Under the pieces are notes generated by a model. It worked only from the letters and a program-made list of their open reading frames with translations. It did no database searches and was not told where the DNA came from. A stretch of 64,000 bases of DNA. Source: Octopus sinensis (Eukaryota). Location of the stretch: the NCBI RefSeq assembly GCF_006345805.1, contig NC_042998.1:21948001-22012000 (forward strand), read 5' to 3'. Shown here in pieces: positions 25,805 through 39,585 of this stretch; position 1 is the stretch's first letter, and each line of letters starts with the position of its first letter. The translations under genes and the position numbers were made by a program.

Positions 25805-26406
25805 TGCCTAAACACTGCTTAGCGTTAACACTTTGAATACTCTTTTTTTTTTTTTTGTTTTCTACTCTAGGTACAAGGCCCAGAATTTTTGGGGAGGTGG
25901 CCAATAAAGTGTAAGAAAATAGGGCAGTGAGCTGGCAGCATTGTTAGCAAGCCGAGCAAAATGCTTAGTGTTTCATATGGCGTAACATTCTGAGTTCAAA
26001 TTCCGCCAAGGTTGACTTTAGGGCATGCCAGTGGCACATAAAAGCACCCGCTACACTCATGGAGTTGTTGGCATTAGGAAGGGTATCCAGCTGTAGAAAC
26101 TGCCAAAATAAGTACAAGTTACACACTGGGGTCGATGTAATCGACTTAATCCCTTTGTCTGTCGTTGTTTGTCCCCTTTATGTTTTACCCCCTTTGGGCA
26201 ATAAAGAAATAAATAAAGCGTAAGAAAGATGTGTTGCAGAATGCAGTTAGAAGACCCCATTTTTTAAGGGGGTTGGAAGCATCACATTATTTCAGATCAG
26301 TCATACTTAAGATGAAGTCATTAACACTTAAATGTTTTAAGTGCACGGAAGGGCAGAGAAATAGGTTTCTGAGTTTGAATTTTATGTAAGTTGGAGGTAA
26401 TAGTTT

Positions 26407-26600
26407 TTAACCCTTTTGATACCAACCCACCCGAAACCGGCTCTGGCCCTGTAGTACAAATGTCTTGTTTTCAAAAGTTCTGAATTAAAATCTTCTACCA
26501 AACCTTAGTCACAATTTATGTTCCTAACACTAGCTTAATGATAAATTAAATTATTTTACTAATTCTTTGTTATATTTAAAATTAATTAAAAGAAATACAG
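26407..26600 (-). mobile_element. piggyBac-like MITE truncated by SINE A
   Basis: TTAA-CCCTTTTG end; family match. Confidence 0.75.
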
Positions 26601-26764
26601 GCGCAGGAGTGGCTGTGTGGTAAGTAGCTTGCTTAGCAACCACATGGTTCCGGGTTCAGTCCCACTGCGTTGCATCTTGGGCAAGTGTCTTCTGCTATAG
26701 CACCGGGCCGACCAATGCCTTGTGAGTGGATTTGGTAGACGGAAACTGAAAGAAGCCTGTCGTA

Positions 26765-26807
<43 letters not shown>

Positions 26808-27003
26808 CTGTGTTTGTCCCCCCAACATCGCTTGACAACTGATGCTGGTGAGTTTACGTCCCCCGTAACTTAGCAGTTCAGCAAAAGAGACCGATAGAAT
26901 AAGTACTAGGCTTACAAAGAATAAGTCCTGGGGTTGATTTGCTCGACTAAAGGTGGTGCTTCAGCATGGCCGCAGTCAAATGACTGAAACAAGTAAAAGA
27001 GTA
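26600..27003 (+). mobile_element. SINE family A
   Basis: Full length, GGCGCAGGAGTGGCTGTGTGGTAAG...GAAACAAGTAAAAGAGTA. Confidence 0.92.
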
Positions 27004-27445
27004 TGTCTGTGGAGTACTCAATCTCTTGAATGTCAATTTTCTGCCATGCAGTGGGACTGAACCCAGAACCGTGCATTTGGAAAGCCAACTTCTTACCACA
27101 CAGCTACACCTGCATCTATTGTGAAAAATTCTTTTTCTATTTATGAATGAAAAATCATTTGTCATTTTTTATTTGATTCATTACTTAACCTTTACTCCAC
27201 AAACTCACCTATAATATCTCATAACAGCTAATATAATAATCATGATAATAACAACAACAATAATAATAATAATAATAATATATAAAATCTTAAATCTTAT
27301 GATTTGATGGATGGTATTATTTTGCTCCCTTCTTCCAGTAATTCTTGTGTTTATTCACTGAAAATAGGAATAAGAGAATAAGAGAATCGTATAAGACAAA
27401 AATTTCTTTTGAAACCATTTTAAAATTCAAAGTTGAACTTTTAAG

Positions 27446-27537
27446 CCCTACAAAGAAAGAGAATAGATTTTCGAAACAATTGTCTGGAAATAGTAGAAGG
27501 AAATGAAAATCCATATATAGACATCGATAACTCTGAG
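27446..27537 (+). CDS. Candidate exon (LQRKRIDFRNNCLEIVEGNENPYIDIDNSE)
   Basis: TTTTAAG acceptor (weak), GAG|GTATAT donor; phase-compatible with 29519 and 29678 candidates. Confidence 0.3.
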
Positions 27538-27566
27538 GTATATAACACCCACATATACGCACATGT

Positions 27567-27598
<32 letters not shown>

Positions 27599-27711
27599 AC
27601 ACACACATGCGTATATGTATATATATGTAAATCTATAAAATAAAAGGTTATTCAGTGGAAACAATAACAATGAGTCAGATAAAGAGGAAGATAGACTGGA
27701 TGGATAGATAG

Positions 27712-27784
<73 letters not shown>

Positions 27785-27935
27785 CAGATAGATAGATAGA
27801 TAAATAGATAGAGACAGATAGATAGATAGATAGACAGAGAGAGAAAGACAGATAGATAGATAGATAGATCGATAGAACCAGAGGGATGGGATTTAAAAGA
27901 GAGCCACTTTGATACCATATCATTTAGAATGGCTC

Positions 27936-27974
<39 letters not shown>

Positions 27975-29009
27975 CACACACAGTCATCTAATGTATATGA
28001 ATAGATGTATGTGTGTATGTGTGTACATACATACATATTCACTGACTCTTGTGTATGTACTATATGCAGTTATATATTCGTTTTAAAACTAAATTTATTC
28101 TACATAGTTTAATATTGAATATATGAACGTTTGTACTTAGAAGATCTTGGTACATTTAGTAAGAGTTTATTTGTTCAAAGTGGATAATTCCTAACCTACT
28201 CATAGATTTTCCCCATATGCACGACACTTCAAAGAGCATCATCAAATACACACACGCACATGCACACACACACATACTCACACAACACAGAGTTGCCTTA
28301 TATCTTTGTAAATACTTGCCATCTCTGAAGAGCGTGTGATGTTATTTAACCATCTAATACCCTGTGTGAAACTGATTAGCAAGATTGACCGACATGGATC
28401 TATAATACTGTATAGTTTGATTTACACACACACACACCACACACACACACACACACACAAACAAAAACACACACTCACGAGCATTTTAATAAACAGAAAT
28501 GCAAACTTTGAAAGAAATCTCAATTACCATTAAGTCAAATTTACTTGAATTTTTAATCTTCCAAAGTTAAAATAACATGTATGATCCCTCCCCAGTTCTG
28601 TAGATGGTAGCAGTGGCTCCCTTTGAGATTTAAGTGTTTCTAGTCAATGTCACTGATAAAATTCCATCATCCAATATCTTGGGAATTTTAGCAATGATCT
28701 ACTGCCATACCAACAATCCAACATATACCCATCATCAGCTGCCCCGTGGATATCATTATGGTTTTGACACCTGGGCAGTACCATTCAATCCGGCAGTGTC
28801 AACAGCACAAAATAAGTGTTGTTTGGGAACAATACACACACACATGTCCATAAACAGATAGATAGAAAGATAGATATCCAAATATTTAAAAATATATATA
28901 TGCAACAATATATTTCACATTAATTAACAGACATGCAAATAGAAATAAAACAGAAACAAAATTAAAATAAGAAACTTAAGTTTTCCATATTGAACATAAT
29001 TTATGTATT

Positions 29010-29423
29010 ACTCTTGTACTTGTTTCAGTCATGTGACTGCGGCCATGCTGGAGCACTACCTTTAGTCGAGCAAATTGCCCCCAGGACTTATTCCTTGTAA
29101 GACTAGTACTTGTTCTATCGGTCACTTTTTCTGAACCGCTAAGTTACGGGGGGCGTAAACACACCAGCATTGGTTGTCAAGTGATGTTAGGGGGGGGACA
29201 AACACAGACACAAATGCACGCACACACACACACACACACAACACACACATATATATACACGACAGGCTTCTTTTCAGTTTTCGTCTACCAAATCCACTCA
29301 CAAGGCTTTGGTTGGCCCGAGGCTATAGTAGAAGACACTTGGCCCAGATGCTACGCAGTGGGACTGAACCCGGGACCATGTGGTTGGTAAGCAAGCTACT
29401 TACCACACAGTCACTCCTGCGCC
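29010..29423 (-). mobile_element. SINE family A
   Basis: Full length. Confidence 0.92.
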
Positions 29424-29518
29424 TATTGTTAAAATTTTTTAAGGAAGAACGGGTAGAACTGGAAGCAATTGTTAGGTTTCTAAATTATTTTATTGTGATT
29501 TGCTTTTTAAATTAACAG

Positions 29519-29555
29519 AATGTGACCAAACAGGATCTTCATCAAATGAAAAATA
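29519..29555 (+). CDS. Candidate small exon (NVTKQDLHQMKN)
   Basis: T-rich tract plus AACAG acceptor; GTACTT donor; phase 0 to 1. Confidence 0.25.
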
Positions 29556-29677
29556 GTACTTTTGTTCTGACTTTTTCCTATATCCTTTTTCAATTCTTTT
29601 TCTCCCTACCCCATGCCTGAAAATAAAATTGAGTCGGTACCTCTGAGTATGACAAATCTACTTTGGTTTTGTTTCAG

Positions 29678-29715
29678 AAACATCTGAATTTCCATACAAT
29701 TTTGAAGTGTTTGAA
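29678..29715 (+). CDS. Candidate small exon (K-TSEFPYNFEVFE)
   Basis: TTTGGTTTTGTTTCAG acceptor; GTAGGT donor; phase 1 to 0. Confidence 0.3.
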
Positions 29716-30127
29716 GTAGGTTTAAAGCTGAAACACACAATGAACTAGTGTTAACATTTATGTGAAGTGGTAGCTCTGGGAAATTGTATTTACTAAATTA
29801 TTCAGGTTCCAAATATTTTTTCTGTGGAAAAATATCTATTAAGAAATGTTAAAAGAAAATATAAAACAATGCTTCATATGAGTATAATTTGGTTTTGAGC
29901 GATTTAGAGTTTGATAGTTTAATGGTAACAAGGGACCAAAAATCAAAATGGTTCAAAAAGTATTGGAGTCTATTTATGTATTTGGACATAGGGGGTCATC
30001 AAAAAAGCCGGACGTGATGATGGCCATTGTTGTTGTTACTCAGCTGTAGGTCAATTCAGGTCAATTATGACTATGACCAATGATCATATATTTCCTAGGT
30101 TTACTCAGATGTTTGCATGAAAATAGC

Positions 30128-30620
30128 ATTCATCATCATCGTTCAACGTCCGCTTTCCATGCTAGCATGGATTGGATGGTTTGACCGGGGTCTGGGAAGC
30201 CAGGAGGCTACACCAGGCTCCAGTCTAACCTGGCAGTGTTTCTACAGCTGGATGCCCTTCCTAACGCCAACCACTCCATGAGTGTAGTGGTGCTTTTTAC
30301 GTACCACTGGCACAGGTCCCAGGGGAGGCTGGCAACGGCCACGATCAGTTGGTGCTTTTTACGTGCCACCGGCACGGAAGCCAGTCAAGGCGGTGCTGGC
30401 ATCGGCTACGTTCAGGTGGTGCTTTTTACGTGCCACCGGTACAGGTATCACAACTACAATTTCCATTTGATTTTTGTTTTGATGTTGATGTACTTGACTC
30501 AATAGGTCTCCTCAAGCACAGCAGGTCGCCTTATGATCCAAGGTAAGCACAGCAGGTCGTGCTGTGATCCAAGGCACTTTGGATGGGCTGGGGCTTCTAT
30601 GTGAAGCTGATGCAGGAAAC
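30128..30620 (-). mobile_element. RTE-3'UTR-derived element (family C)
   Basis: Matches 11380-12000. Confidence 0.85.
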
Positions 30621-30934
30621 AACTATGAACTCACGTTATTATTCATCATCGTCATTTTTGTGTCTACTTTTCCAAGCTAGCACGAGTCAGACAGAGTTTA
30701 TTAAGGCAGATTTTCTATGGCTGGGATGCTCTACCTGTCAATAACTCTCATTTGTTTTCAAGCAAAGTAATATTTCGTTACGGCTAGACATTTCTGCAGA
30801 TTATTGGAAATGAATAATACTGCTTGTATGATAGTGACCATTTACAAATTTCACATGATATGTAGACAAACATACACACGATATGTACACACACATACAC
30901 AGATGAGGCCCCCATGTCTACAGCATTTGCTGCT

Positions 30935-31080
30935 GGAATAAGGAGTGGTTGGAGATCACGTGGTCGTTAGCCTCAAATCGCCAGGCCTGGTCGGCGTTTG
31001 AGAGAGATGCAGCATTGAGGATGAATGAAGCCAGCTCAACCCACCCCGGGTAAATGCTGTCTCAAGACAAGAAGAAGACA
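30935..31080 (+). mobile_element. RTE-like LINE extreme 3' end with (AAG)n tail
   Basis: SLASNRQAWSAFERDAALRMNEASSTHPG* resembles RTE C-termini. Confidence 0.5.
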
Positions 31081-31106
31081 TATACACACACATAAGTATA
31101 TACATA

Positions 31107-31536
31107 GGCGTAGGAGTGGCTGTGTGATAAGTAACTTGCATACGAACCACATGGTTCCGGGTTCAGTTCCACTGCATGGCACCTTGCACAAGTGTCTTCT
31201 ACTATAGCCTCGGGCCGACCAAAGCTTTGTGAGTGGATTTGGTAGACGTAAACTGAAAGAAGCCCATCGTATATATGTATATATATATATATGTGTGTGT
31301 GTGTATGTTTGTGTGTATATGTATGTTTGTGCGTATATGTTTGTCCCCCTAACATCGCTTGACAACCAATGCAGGTGTGTATACGTCCCTGTAACTTAGC
31401 GGTTCGGCAAAAGAGACCGATAGAATAAGTACTAGGCTTACAAAGAATAAGTCTTGGGGTCGATTTGCTTGACTAAAGGCGGTGCTCCAGCATGGCTACA
31501 GTCAAATAACTGAAACAAGTAAAGGAGTAAAAGAGA
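31107..31536 (+). mobile_element. SINE family A
   Basis: Full length. Confidence 0.92.
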
Positions 31537-32758
31537 GAAAAGCGAGAGTACATATGAATATACGACAGGCTTCTTTTAGCTTCCACCTACCAAATTCACT
31601 TATAAGGCAACGGTGGGCGAGGGGCTATAGTAGAGACACTTGTCCAAGACGCCTCGTACATCAGAACTACTACTGTATAGAATTCACAGTTCAAATTATA
31701 AATTTCTTGACTTAGAGAATTTCATTAAGTTTTCTAAACACATGCGAATGGCGCCACTTAAAGTTCTGCTTTAATTTTCAGAAGCTGACAAATGGTCTTA
31801 GTGTCAGTTGTGATGATGATGATGATGATGATGCTGTGTCTGGCAATGACAGCAATTGTAATAGCCATAATAGAAGGGGTGGTGGTGGTGGTGGTGATGG
31901 TGGTAGTGGTGGTGGCTTCTCCTCTTCCTCCTCCTCTATTGGCCAATGCAGAAATCGTGATGGCAATGGTGAAATTTGTGTGTGGCATGGTAACTATCAA
32001 GTTAATAATATGGAGAATGGTTGCATTATTGGCATGTTTGAAAGAATAAATGAGTAAAGTTAACGAATTGATAATTATTAAGACCTGTTGTTGCTGATTA
32101 GTACTTTTAAATAGCCTGAAAGACGAAAATGTTAAACAAAAAAAAAAAAAACAATTGAATTAACAGGTGACTAAATAATAACAGGTACACACCGTATTGG
32201 TAGAACGTAAGTCTGAGAGAAATTAATTTCAAAGTACTTTGAGAGAATTCTGAAAGTGAGCAACGAAGGAAAAAGCAAATGCAAAATAAATAAATAAATC
32301 AATAGTAACAATTATAACTGTAATGATGATGATAATAACATCAACAATAACAATAATAATAATAATAACAATGGTAACAATAATGATGATCATGATGATG
32401 ATCATAATAACAATGATGATGATGATGATAACAAAATCAACAACAACAATAATAATAATAATAACAAAAATAATGATATTGGTAATAATAATAATAACAT
32501 TGGTAATAATAATAATGTAATAATAATAATAATGATAACAACAATGGTAACAACAATGATGATGATGATGATCATAACAGTAATAATAAAAGGATGTGAA
32601 TTTTCATTTGCATGTAACTAATAATGGTAACGAGCAACCCCATCATTACAATTTCAATCAAGCATCTTCTGTTTGAGCTTGTGGTTGAACGAAAGATAGA
32701 GAGAGAGATAAGCTAGGTAGACAGAAAGGTAGATAGATAGATAGACAGATAGACTGAT

Positions 32759-32793
<35 letters not shown>

Positions 32794-33277
32794 GGAGGGA
32801 GAATGAGTGGGAAATCACTTTATGTAGGAAAATCGATAATTGAGTCGAGTTAAATTTAACTCAAGACAGGAGGGAGGTGAGGGAATGAAATTACCGTTTC
32901 TTTTGCCCCGCCTAATTTATAATCACAGGCAAATGCATATCTAAGTGTTGGCTTTGTGAAACTTTTTTTTTTATTTCCTCACACACACACACACACACAC
33001 ATATATACGTACATATGCATATTGATATATACATACACAAATATACATACATATATACATGCCTATACACACATATATATATATATACACAAGTACACAT
33101 GGATACACACATATATAAATACAAACATATATACATACATATGAATATATATGGATGTTGCATGCCTACATATTGTATGTATAAAATATTATGCATATAT
33201 ATAAATATACATATATATATATGCATATCTATCTATCTATATGTATATATATGTATGTATATATACATATGTATATG

Positions 33278-33317
<40 letters not shown>

Positions 33318-33319
<2 letters not shown>

Positions 33320-33480
33320 CATCATCATCATCATTTAACATTTTAATGTCTGCTCTCCATGCTAGCATGGGTTGGACGATTTGACTGAGGACTGGCGAAC
33401 CAGATGGCTGCACCCGGCTCCAATCTGATCTGGCAGAGTTTCTACAGCTGGATGCCCTTCCTAATGCCAACCACTCCGAT
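33318..33480 (-). mobile_element. Family C RTE-tail element
   Basis: (CAT)n plus CCATGCTAGCATGGGTTGGACG...GATGCCCTTCCTAATGCCAACCACTCC. Confidence 0.88.
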
Positions 33481-34208
33481 ATGTATATATATAAAATATG
33501 TATGTATATATATACATATATATAATATATAAAAAAAATATATATGTATATATAAAAAATATGCATGTATATATGCATAAAATATGTATGTATGTATATA
33601 TGTATCTATCTATCTATCTTCTATCTCTCTCTCTATCTATATATATGTGTGTGTGTGTGTGTGTGTATGTATATGTATGTATATACATATATGTATGCCT
33701 ATGTATGTATGTATGTCTATGTATGTATATATATATATGTATGTCTATGTATGTATATATATATGTATGTCTATGTATGTATATATGTATGTATGTCTAT
33801 GTATATATATGTATGTATATCTATGTATATATATGTATGTATGCATGTCTATGTGTATATATATATATATATGTATGTGTGTATATATATATATATATAC
33901 ACACCTGTGTGTGTTTGTGTATATTCTTTGTTTTTAAACTTGGTTCTTTTCGTTTTGTGTTCTAAGTTGAAATGAACTGTTGAATATATTTGTCCAACTG
34001 TTCAGAGTTTTACAGCTTGCAATGAACTGAAGGATCCTCGACAAAATAGATTCTGGAAACACCAACTCTTTTACACCGCCTTTCACTCTCTCTTTTCTTT
34101 TATTTTGTATTTTATTTGTGTTTTTTTTTCTTTTAAATTTGCATCAAGGGTTGAGGGTGGGTGCTGCATATTCCTTGTCAGTGATCTTTAGAGCATAGAA
34201 GTAAAAGC

Positions 34209-34240
<32 letters not shown>

Positions 34241-34799
34241 GATAATAAAAAATAGAACCACCATAACTGTTTGTATGTTTGCTGGCTTTATTTTCCTTTT
34301 TCCGTTACTACAAAGAACGGCTTAAAAACAGAAATTCCTTTTATACCATTCTGCATTCATTTCATACAAAGCTGTGTTCGACTGAAATCTTTTCATTTCC
34401 TTGTGATTTAAACTGATCGCAAAAATTCTTGCTTCTTCTTAATTTATAGAATTACAAATCACCAAATGCCACAATCACTTTTAGCAAGCTAGTGAAGAAG
34501 GGTGGACGCTCAATGTGGTTGCTTGATCTGCTAGAAATAACAACCAAATTTCTCTGAAATCAAACCACTAGTTTTAAATAATGTATAGTCCTGGACACCT
34601 TTAAAACAATATTTCTCGACCACAGCTCATATGTCCCCTCGGGGGTCGATATTAGAATTTTGGGGTTCATCATCATCATCATCATCATCATTGTTTAATG
34701 TCTGTTTTCCATGATTGTTTAATTTTAACATGAAGCTGTAGAGTAGATATGAGGAGAGGCATCTTGATGGTTTGCTCATAAAATAAGGTAGAATATTTG

Positions 34800-34990
34800 G
34801 GCTGGATATGGCATATAAAAAGCACCCACTACACTCTCAAAGTGGTTGGTGTTAGGAAGGGCATCCAGCTGTAGAAACATTGCCAGATCAGGTTGGAGCC
34901 TGGTGCAGCCTCCTGGCTTGCCAGTTTCAGTCAAACCGTCCAACCCATGCCAGTATGGAAAGTAGAGATCAAACGATGATGATGATGACA
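34800..34990 (+). mobile_element. Family C RTE-tail element
   Basis: Family match with (GAT)n tail. Confidence 0.85.
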
Positions 34991-35029
34991 AGATATTAAG
35001 TAGCATTTCTTATGCTTCTTTATGTTCAG

Positions 35030-35955
35030 AGCTCAAATCCTACAACAGTCAAATTTGCTTTCCATCTTTTCGGGGTTGATAAAATAGGGTACCAGTCAAA
35101 AGTTAAGGTTGATGAATAGATGTGCGGCACCCTTCATATTGCCAGCTTTACGTTAAAATTTGAAACATATGGAATCATTAATATAATGGGCAAAATGCTT
35201 AGAGGCACTTCAACAGCACTTTACATTTTGAGTTCAAATTCTTCCAAGGTCAACTTGGCATTTTATTGTTTTGGATGTTGTTGAAATAAAGTGCCAGTCA
35301 AATACCAGGACTGGTTAATTGACTTTGCCCCTACCCTCAAATTGCTAGCCTTATGCTAAAATATGAAACAGAGTCATTAAATAGCACAGTAGACAAAATG
35401 CTTAGTGGTGTTTCTACAAGCATTTTACATTCTGAGTTCAAATTCCACCAAGGTCGACTTTGACTTTCATCCTTTCGGGGTCAATAAATTAAGTACCAGT
35501 GAATCACTGGGGTTGATGCAGTTGACTCGTCCCCTCCCTCAAATGGCTGCCCTTGTGGCAAAATTTGAAACCAATATCTTGGATGTTGTTAAAATAAAGC
35601 ATCACTTAAGTACTGAGGTCAATGTAATTGACTTGCTCCCTTCTTTAATTACTGACTCCCTTAATTACTTGCTCCCTTCTTTAATTACTGACCTTGTGCC
35701 AAAATTTGAAGCAATTATTATTAGCATTAATTGCAGGTGTAAGGCGGTGAGCTGGCAGAATTGTCAGCATACCGGTTGAAGTGCTTAACGGTATTTGGTC
35801 TGTCTTCACATTCTGAGTTCAAATGCTGCTGGGGTCAACTTTGCCTTTCATCCTTCCAGGGTCAATAAATTAAGTACCAGTTACACACTGGGGTCAATGT
35901 AATCGACTTGTCTCCTCCCCCAAGTTTCTGGCCTTGTGCCTATAGTGGAAAGGAT
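35030..35955 (+). mobile_element. Array of about 5 degenerate SINE B-variant copies
   Basis: Repeated TTCTGAGTTCAAAT..GGTCAACTTTGCCTTTCATC..GTACCAG..AAATTTGAAAC. Confidence 0.7.
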
Positions 35956-35963
35956 TAGTAATT

Positions 35964-36397
35964 GCAGTTGTGGCTGTGTGGTAAGAAGCTTCCTTCCCAA
36001 TCACATGGTCCCAGGTTCAGTTTCACTGTATGGCACCTTGGGCAACTGTCTTCTACTACAGCCTCGGGCCGACCAAAGCCTTCTGAGTGGATTTGGTAGA
36101 TAGAAACTGAAAGAAGCCCGTCGTATATATGTATATATATATATATATGTATATGTATATATATGTATATGTATGTGTATATGTTTGTGTGTCTGTGTTG
36201 TCACCCCACCCAAAACATCGCTTGACAACCGATGCTGGTGTGTTTACGTCCTCGTAACTTAGCAGTTTGGTGAAAGAGACTGATAGAATAAGTACTAGGC
36301 TTGCAAAGAATAAGTCCTGGGGTCGATTTGCTTGACTAAAGGTGGTGCTCCAGCATGGCCTCAGTCAAATGACTGAAACAAGAAAAAGAAAAGAATA
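35964..36397 (+). mobile_element. SINE family A
   Basis: Family match. Confidence 0.9.
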
Positions 36398-36649
36398 TAT
36401 CCACTGCCCTTCAAAATTACTGGCCTTGTGCTTAAATTAGAAACTTGTACGACAAGCGCTACAACTAACTCTACTACCAGTACCATCACCGATACTATCA
36501 CAACTGTAACCACCACCACTACTGCTGCCTATGCAACCACTCCTAGTGCTACAACTAACACCATATACACAACTACTTGACCCACTAAAATGATTATTGT
36601 CATAAGTGGTAGTAAGTTAAATACCATAGTCAAGCATAAGATTCGTTTC

Positions 36650-37625
36650 TGTCACCACCACCAACCACCACCACCACCACCACCACTGCAAACCAATATC
36701 GTCGTCACCACCACCACTGCCGCCACTGTTGCCACCACCACCACCACACCACCACCACCACCACAACCACCACCACCACCACCACCACACCACCACCACC
36801 ACAACCACCACCACCACCACCACAACCACAACCACCACCACCACCACCACCACACCACCACCACCACCACAACCACCACCACCACCACCACCACCACAAC
36901 CACCACCACAACCACCACCACCACACCATCACCACCCACCACCACACCACCACCACCACCACCACCACAACCACCACCACAACCACCACCACCACCACCA
37001 CCACCACCACCACCACCACCACCACCACCACCACCACCACCACCACCCCACCACCACCACCACCACCACCACCACCACCACCACCACCACCACCACCCCA
37101 CCACCACCACCACCACCACCACCACTGCAAACCAATATCGTCGTCACCACCACCACTGCCGCCACTGTTGCCACCACCACCACCACTACCATCACTATTA
37201 CCACCACTGCCACCACTGTCGTCACCACCACCACCACTGCCGCTGTTGTCATCATCCCCATCACCACATCCACCACCACTGCCACCGCTGTCGTCACCAC
37301 CTCCACCACCTCCACCACTCTACCACCACTGTCACCACCACCACTCTACCACCACTGTCACCACCACCACTGCTGCTACTGTTTACTGTCACCACTACCG
37401 TCGCCACCACCACCACCACCACTGTCACCACTGTCGTCACCACTACCACCACAACCACTCTACCACCACTGCCGCTGTTGTCATCATCCCCATCACCACA
37501 TCCACCACCACTGCCACCACTGTCGTCACCACCATCAGCACCTCCACCACTGTCACCACCACCACTACTGCTGCTGTCATTACCACTGCCACCGCAGTTC
37601 TCACCACCACCACCATCACAATAGC
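36650..37625. repeat. (CCA)n-based low-complexity tract with internal duplications
   Basis: Direct. Confidence 0.95.
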
Positions 37626-37680
37626 TGCTGTTACAAATAATGGTTAAGTTATTGAGGTTATAGTACTTATGCGTAATCAT

Positions 37681-38002
37681 TATTACCTCCGTGAACAAGA
37701 TACCTCAATAAATGCTTGATGGATTCGGATGAAACTTCCAGGGATGTTTGGCCTCACGACTGGCATGGACTGATTACATTTTGGGATCGACCCAGTACCG
37801 GACAAGGATCCTGGATTATTTTTCCGTTTTTCTTTTTTTAACTAATTTTTTAAAGTGGTCAGGTTTATTTTTAGTATTCTCATTTGTGAGAGCAGCTGAG
37901 CTTATTTCTGATATTCTCATTTTAAAAATGATCTCCGGTTAGTCGTTGAGAGGACGTTGGTGTTGCCTTGGCGGAGGTTTACGCTCTCCGAGTGCTCTTG
38001 TT
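37681..38002 (+). mobile_element. Helentron/HINE-like non-autonomous element
   Basis: Subterminal IR ATTACCTCCG / CGGAGGT, followed by 3' hairpin CGCTC-TCC-GAGTG and a T-rich flank. Confidence 0.65.
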
Positions 38003-38053
38003 TTTTAATTGCTTTTTGCCTTTGTTTTTCTTTGGAATCTTAATATTTCAAAG

Positions 38054-38096
38054 TAAAGCATTATTCATATTATGTTCATACGGAATATCATTGCTG
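38054..38096 (+). CDS. Candidate small exon (KALFILCSYGISLL)
   Basis: Long pyrimidine tract upstream, CTG|GTGAGT donor; the acceptor could be 38054 or 38059. Confidence 0.25.
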
Positions 38097-38200
38097 GTGA
38101 GTACTGTTGACCATATATATATATATAACATGTTGATTCGCTAGCTTCTGCACGCATTTTTTTTTCTTCCTTGTTTCTCTCCGTGTTTCTTCTCTGTGTA

Positions 38201-38238
38201 TCTTTCTGTTGAAGAGCGTAGGCTCGAAACGTAAAAGA
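38201..38238 (+). ncRNA. Hammerhead-like motif with variant core CUGUUGA
   Basis: UCUUU-CUGUUGA-A-GAGC(GUAG)GCUC-GAA-ACGU-A-AAAGA; second decayed copy at 39214-39249. Confidence 0.55.
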
Positions 38239-38499
38239 CTTGTTTTATTTATATTCCTGAGCACCATACTAATACAATTGTTTGTTTGTATTCCACATGC
38301 CTTCGTCTTTTGTTTATTTTCATAAAGCTTCCCGTTATATATATAATTATACTGTTTGATACGCTTCTGTACATATACTCTGTGATATATTTATACTATT
38401 ATATTCCTTGATACACCTATACAGATACACTTCTGAATATTCTTATATAGATATTCTTATCGATATATAGATGTATTTATTTCTTGATACTCTTATATA

Positions 38500-38699
38500 T
38501 GAGAGGGGTGCGGAAACTTGCCTGGTGTCCTAGAAGGCCTGGATGAAGGCCTGGCGTTTTGAGTTCTTTTATAGGGCAATAGAAAAGCTGCAATAAGCAT
38601 GTGAATCTGTGAGGGGAATATGTTGAATAAAATCATGGTTAACTGATCCTCTTGTATTTTCTTTTTACCCTAAGCCAAGAACTTTTCAGCACCCCCTTG
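38500..38699. mobile_element. Mariner-type MITE
   Basis: TA-flanked TIRs GAGGGGTGCGGAAAC / CTTTTCAGCACCCCCTTG. Confidence 0.7.
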
Positions 38700-38851
38700 T
38701 AAATATACTCCTTGATACACTTATATATAGATACCTGGTGATACTGTCATATATGTATATATACTTGCTGAGATTCATATCTATCTATCTGTATGTATGT
38801 ATGTCTATCTATCTATCTATCTATCTATACATACATACATACATACATACA

Positions 38852-38897
<46 letters not shown>

Positions 38898-39403
38898 ACA
38901 CACATACACACACACACACACATACATACATATACATATATGCTTTTAGCTTAGTTTTTCTTCGGGGATGGCCAGATTGGAGCAATCTCAAGGTTAATCA
39001 GCCGAAATTGCAAGGATGATCCGGTTCTTGACTGAGGATAGGAAGCTTCGAATGACCCATCCTTGTTTCTTTTGTATCGCCCATCTGGATGTTTTGTTGT
39101 CCCTTTTTGTATCACCTAGTTGTCCGGATGTTTTGCATTCTTGTCCCATTTTGTACTATATACATATATATATTATATATATTTCTTTTTTCTCTCCTTG
39201 TTTTTTCTGTGTCCCTTTCTGTAGAAGTGCATAGGCTCGAAACAAAAGACTTTTTCTATTCCTGAGTGTTATACTTATACATCTGTTTGTTTTGTACACC
39301 ACCTGTCTTCGTCTTTTGTTTTTTTTCATAAACTCTCCCTATATATATATAGCGGCATACATACAAGTTGTTCTCTTTTATATATATATATATATATATA
39401 TAT

Positions 39404-39585
39404 GTGGAATAAACTGCCTGCATCAGTTGTTGACTGCCATGACACTGCATCCTTTAAGGCCCTCATGCTTCCCGAAATCCGTCGAAACTACACCTGATTA
39501 TATATACACTTTAGATGAGTTGTAGTGCACCTGAGCACTGTACACAATTATTATTATTATATTATTATTATTATTATTATTATTA
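39404..39585 (+). mobile_element. CR1/L2-type LINE 3' end with (ATT)n tail
   Basis: WNKLPASVVDCHDTASFKALMLPEIRRNYT*. Confidence 0.75.

Noticed and set aside
36590-37640. 344-aa and 303-aa Pro/Thr/His-rich ORFs
   Set aside because: They are translations of a (CCA)n repeat that is open in most frames on both strands, with no splice or domain support.
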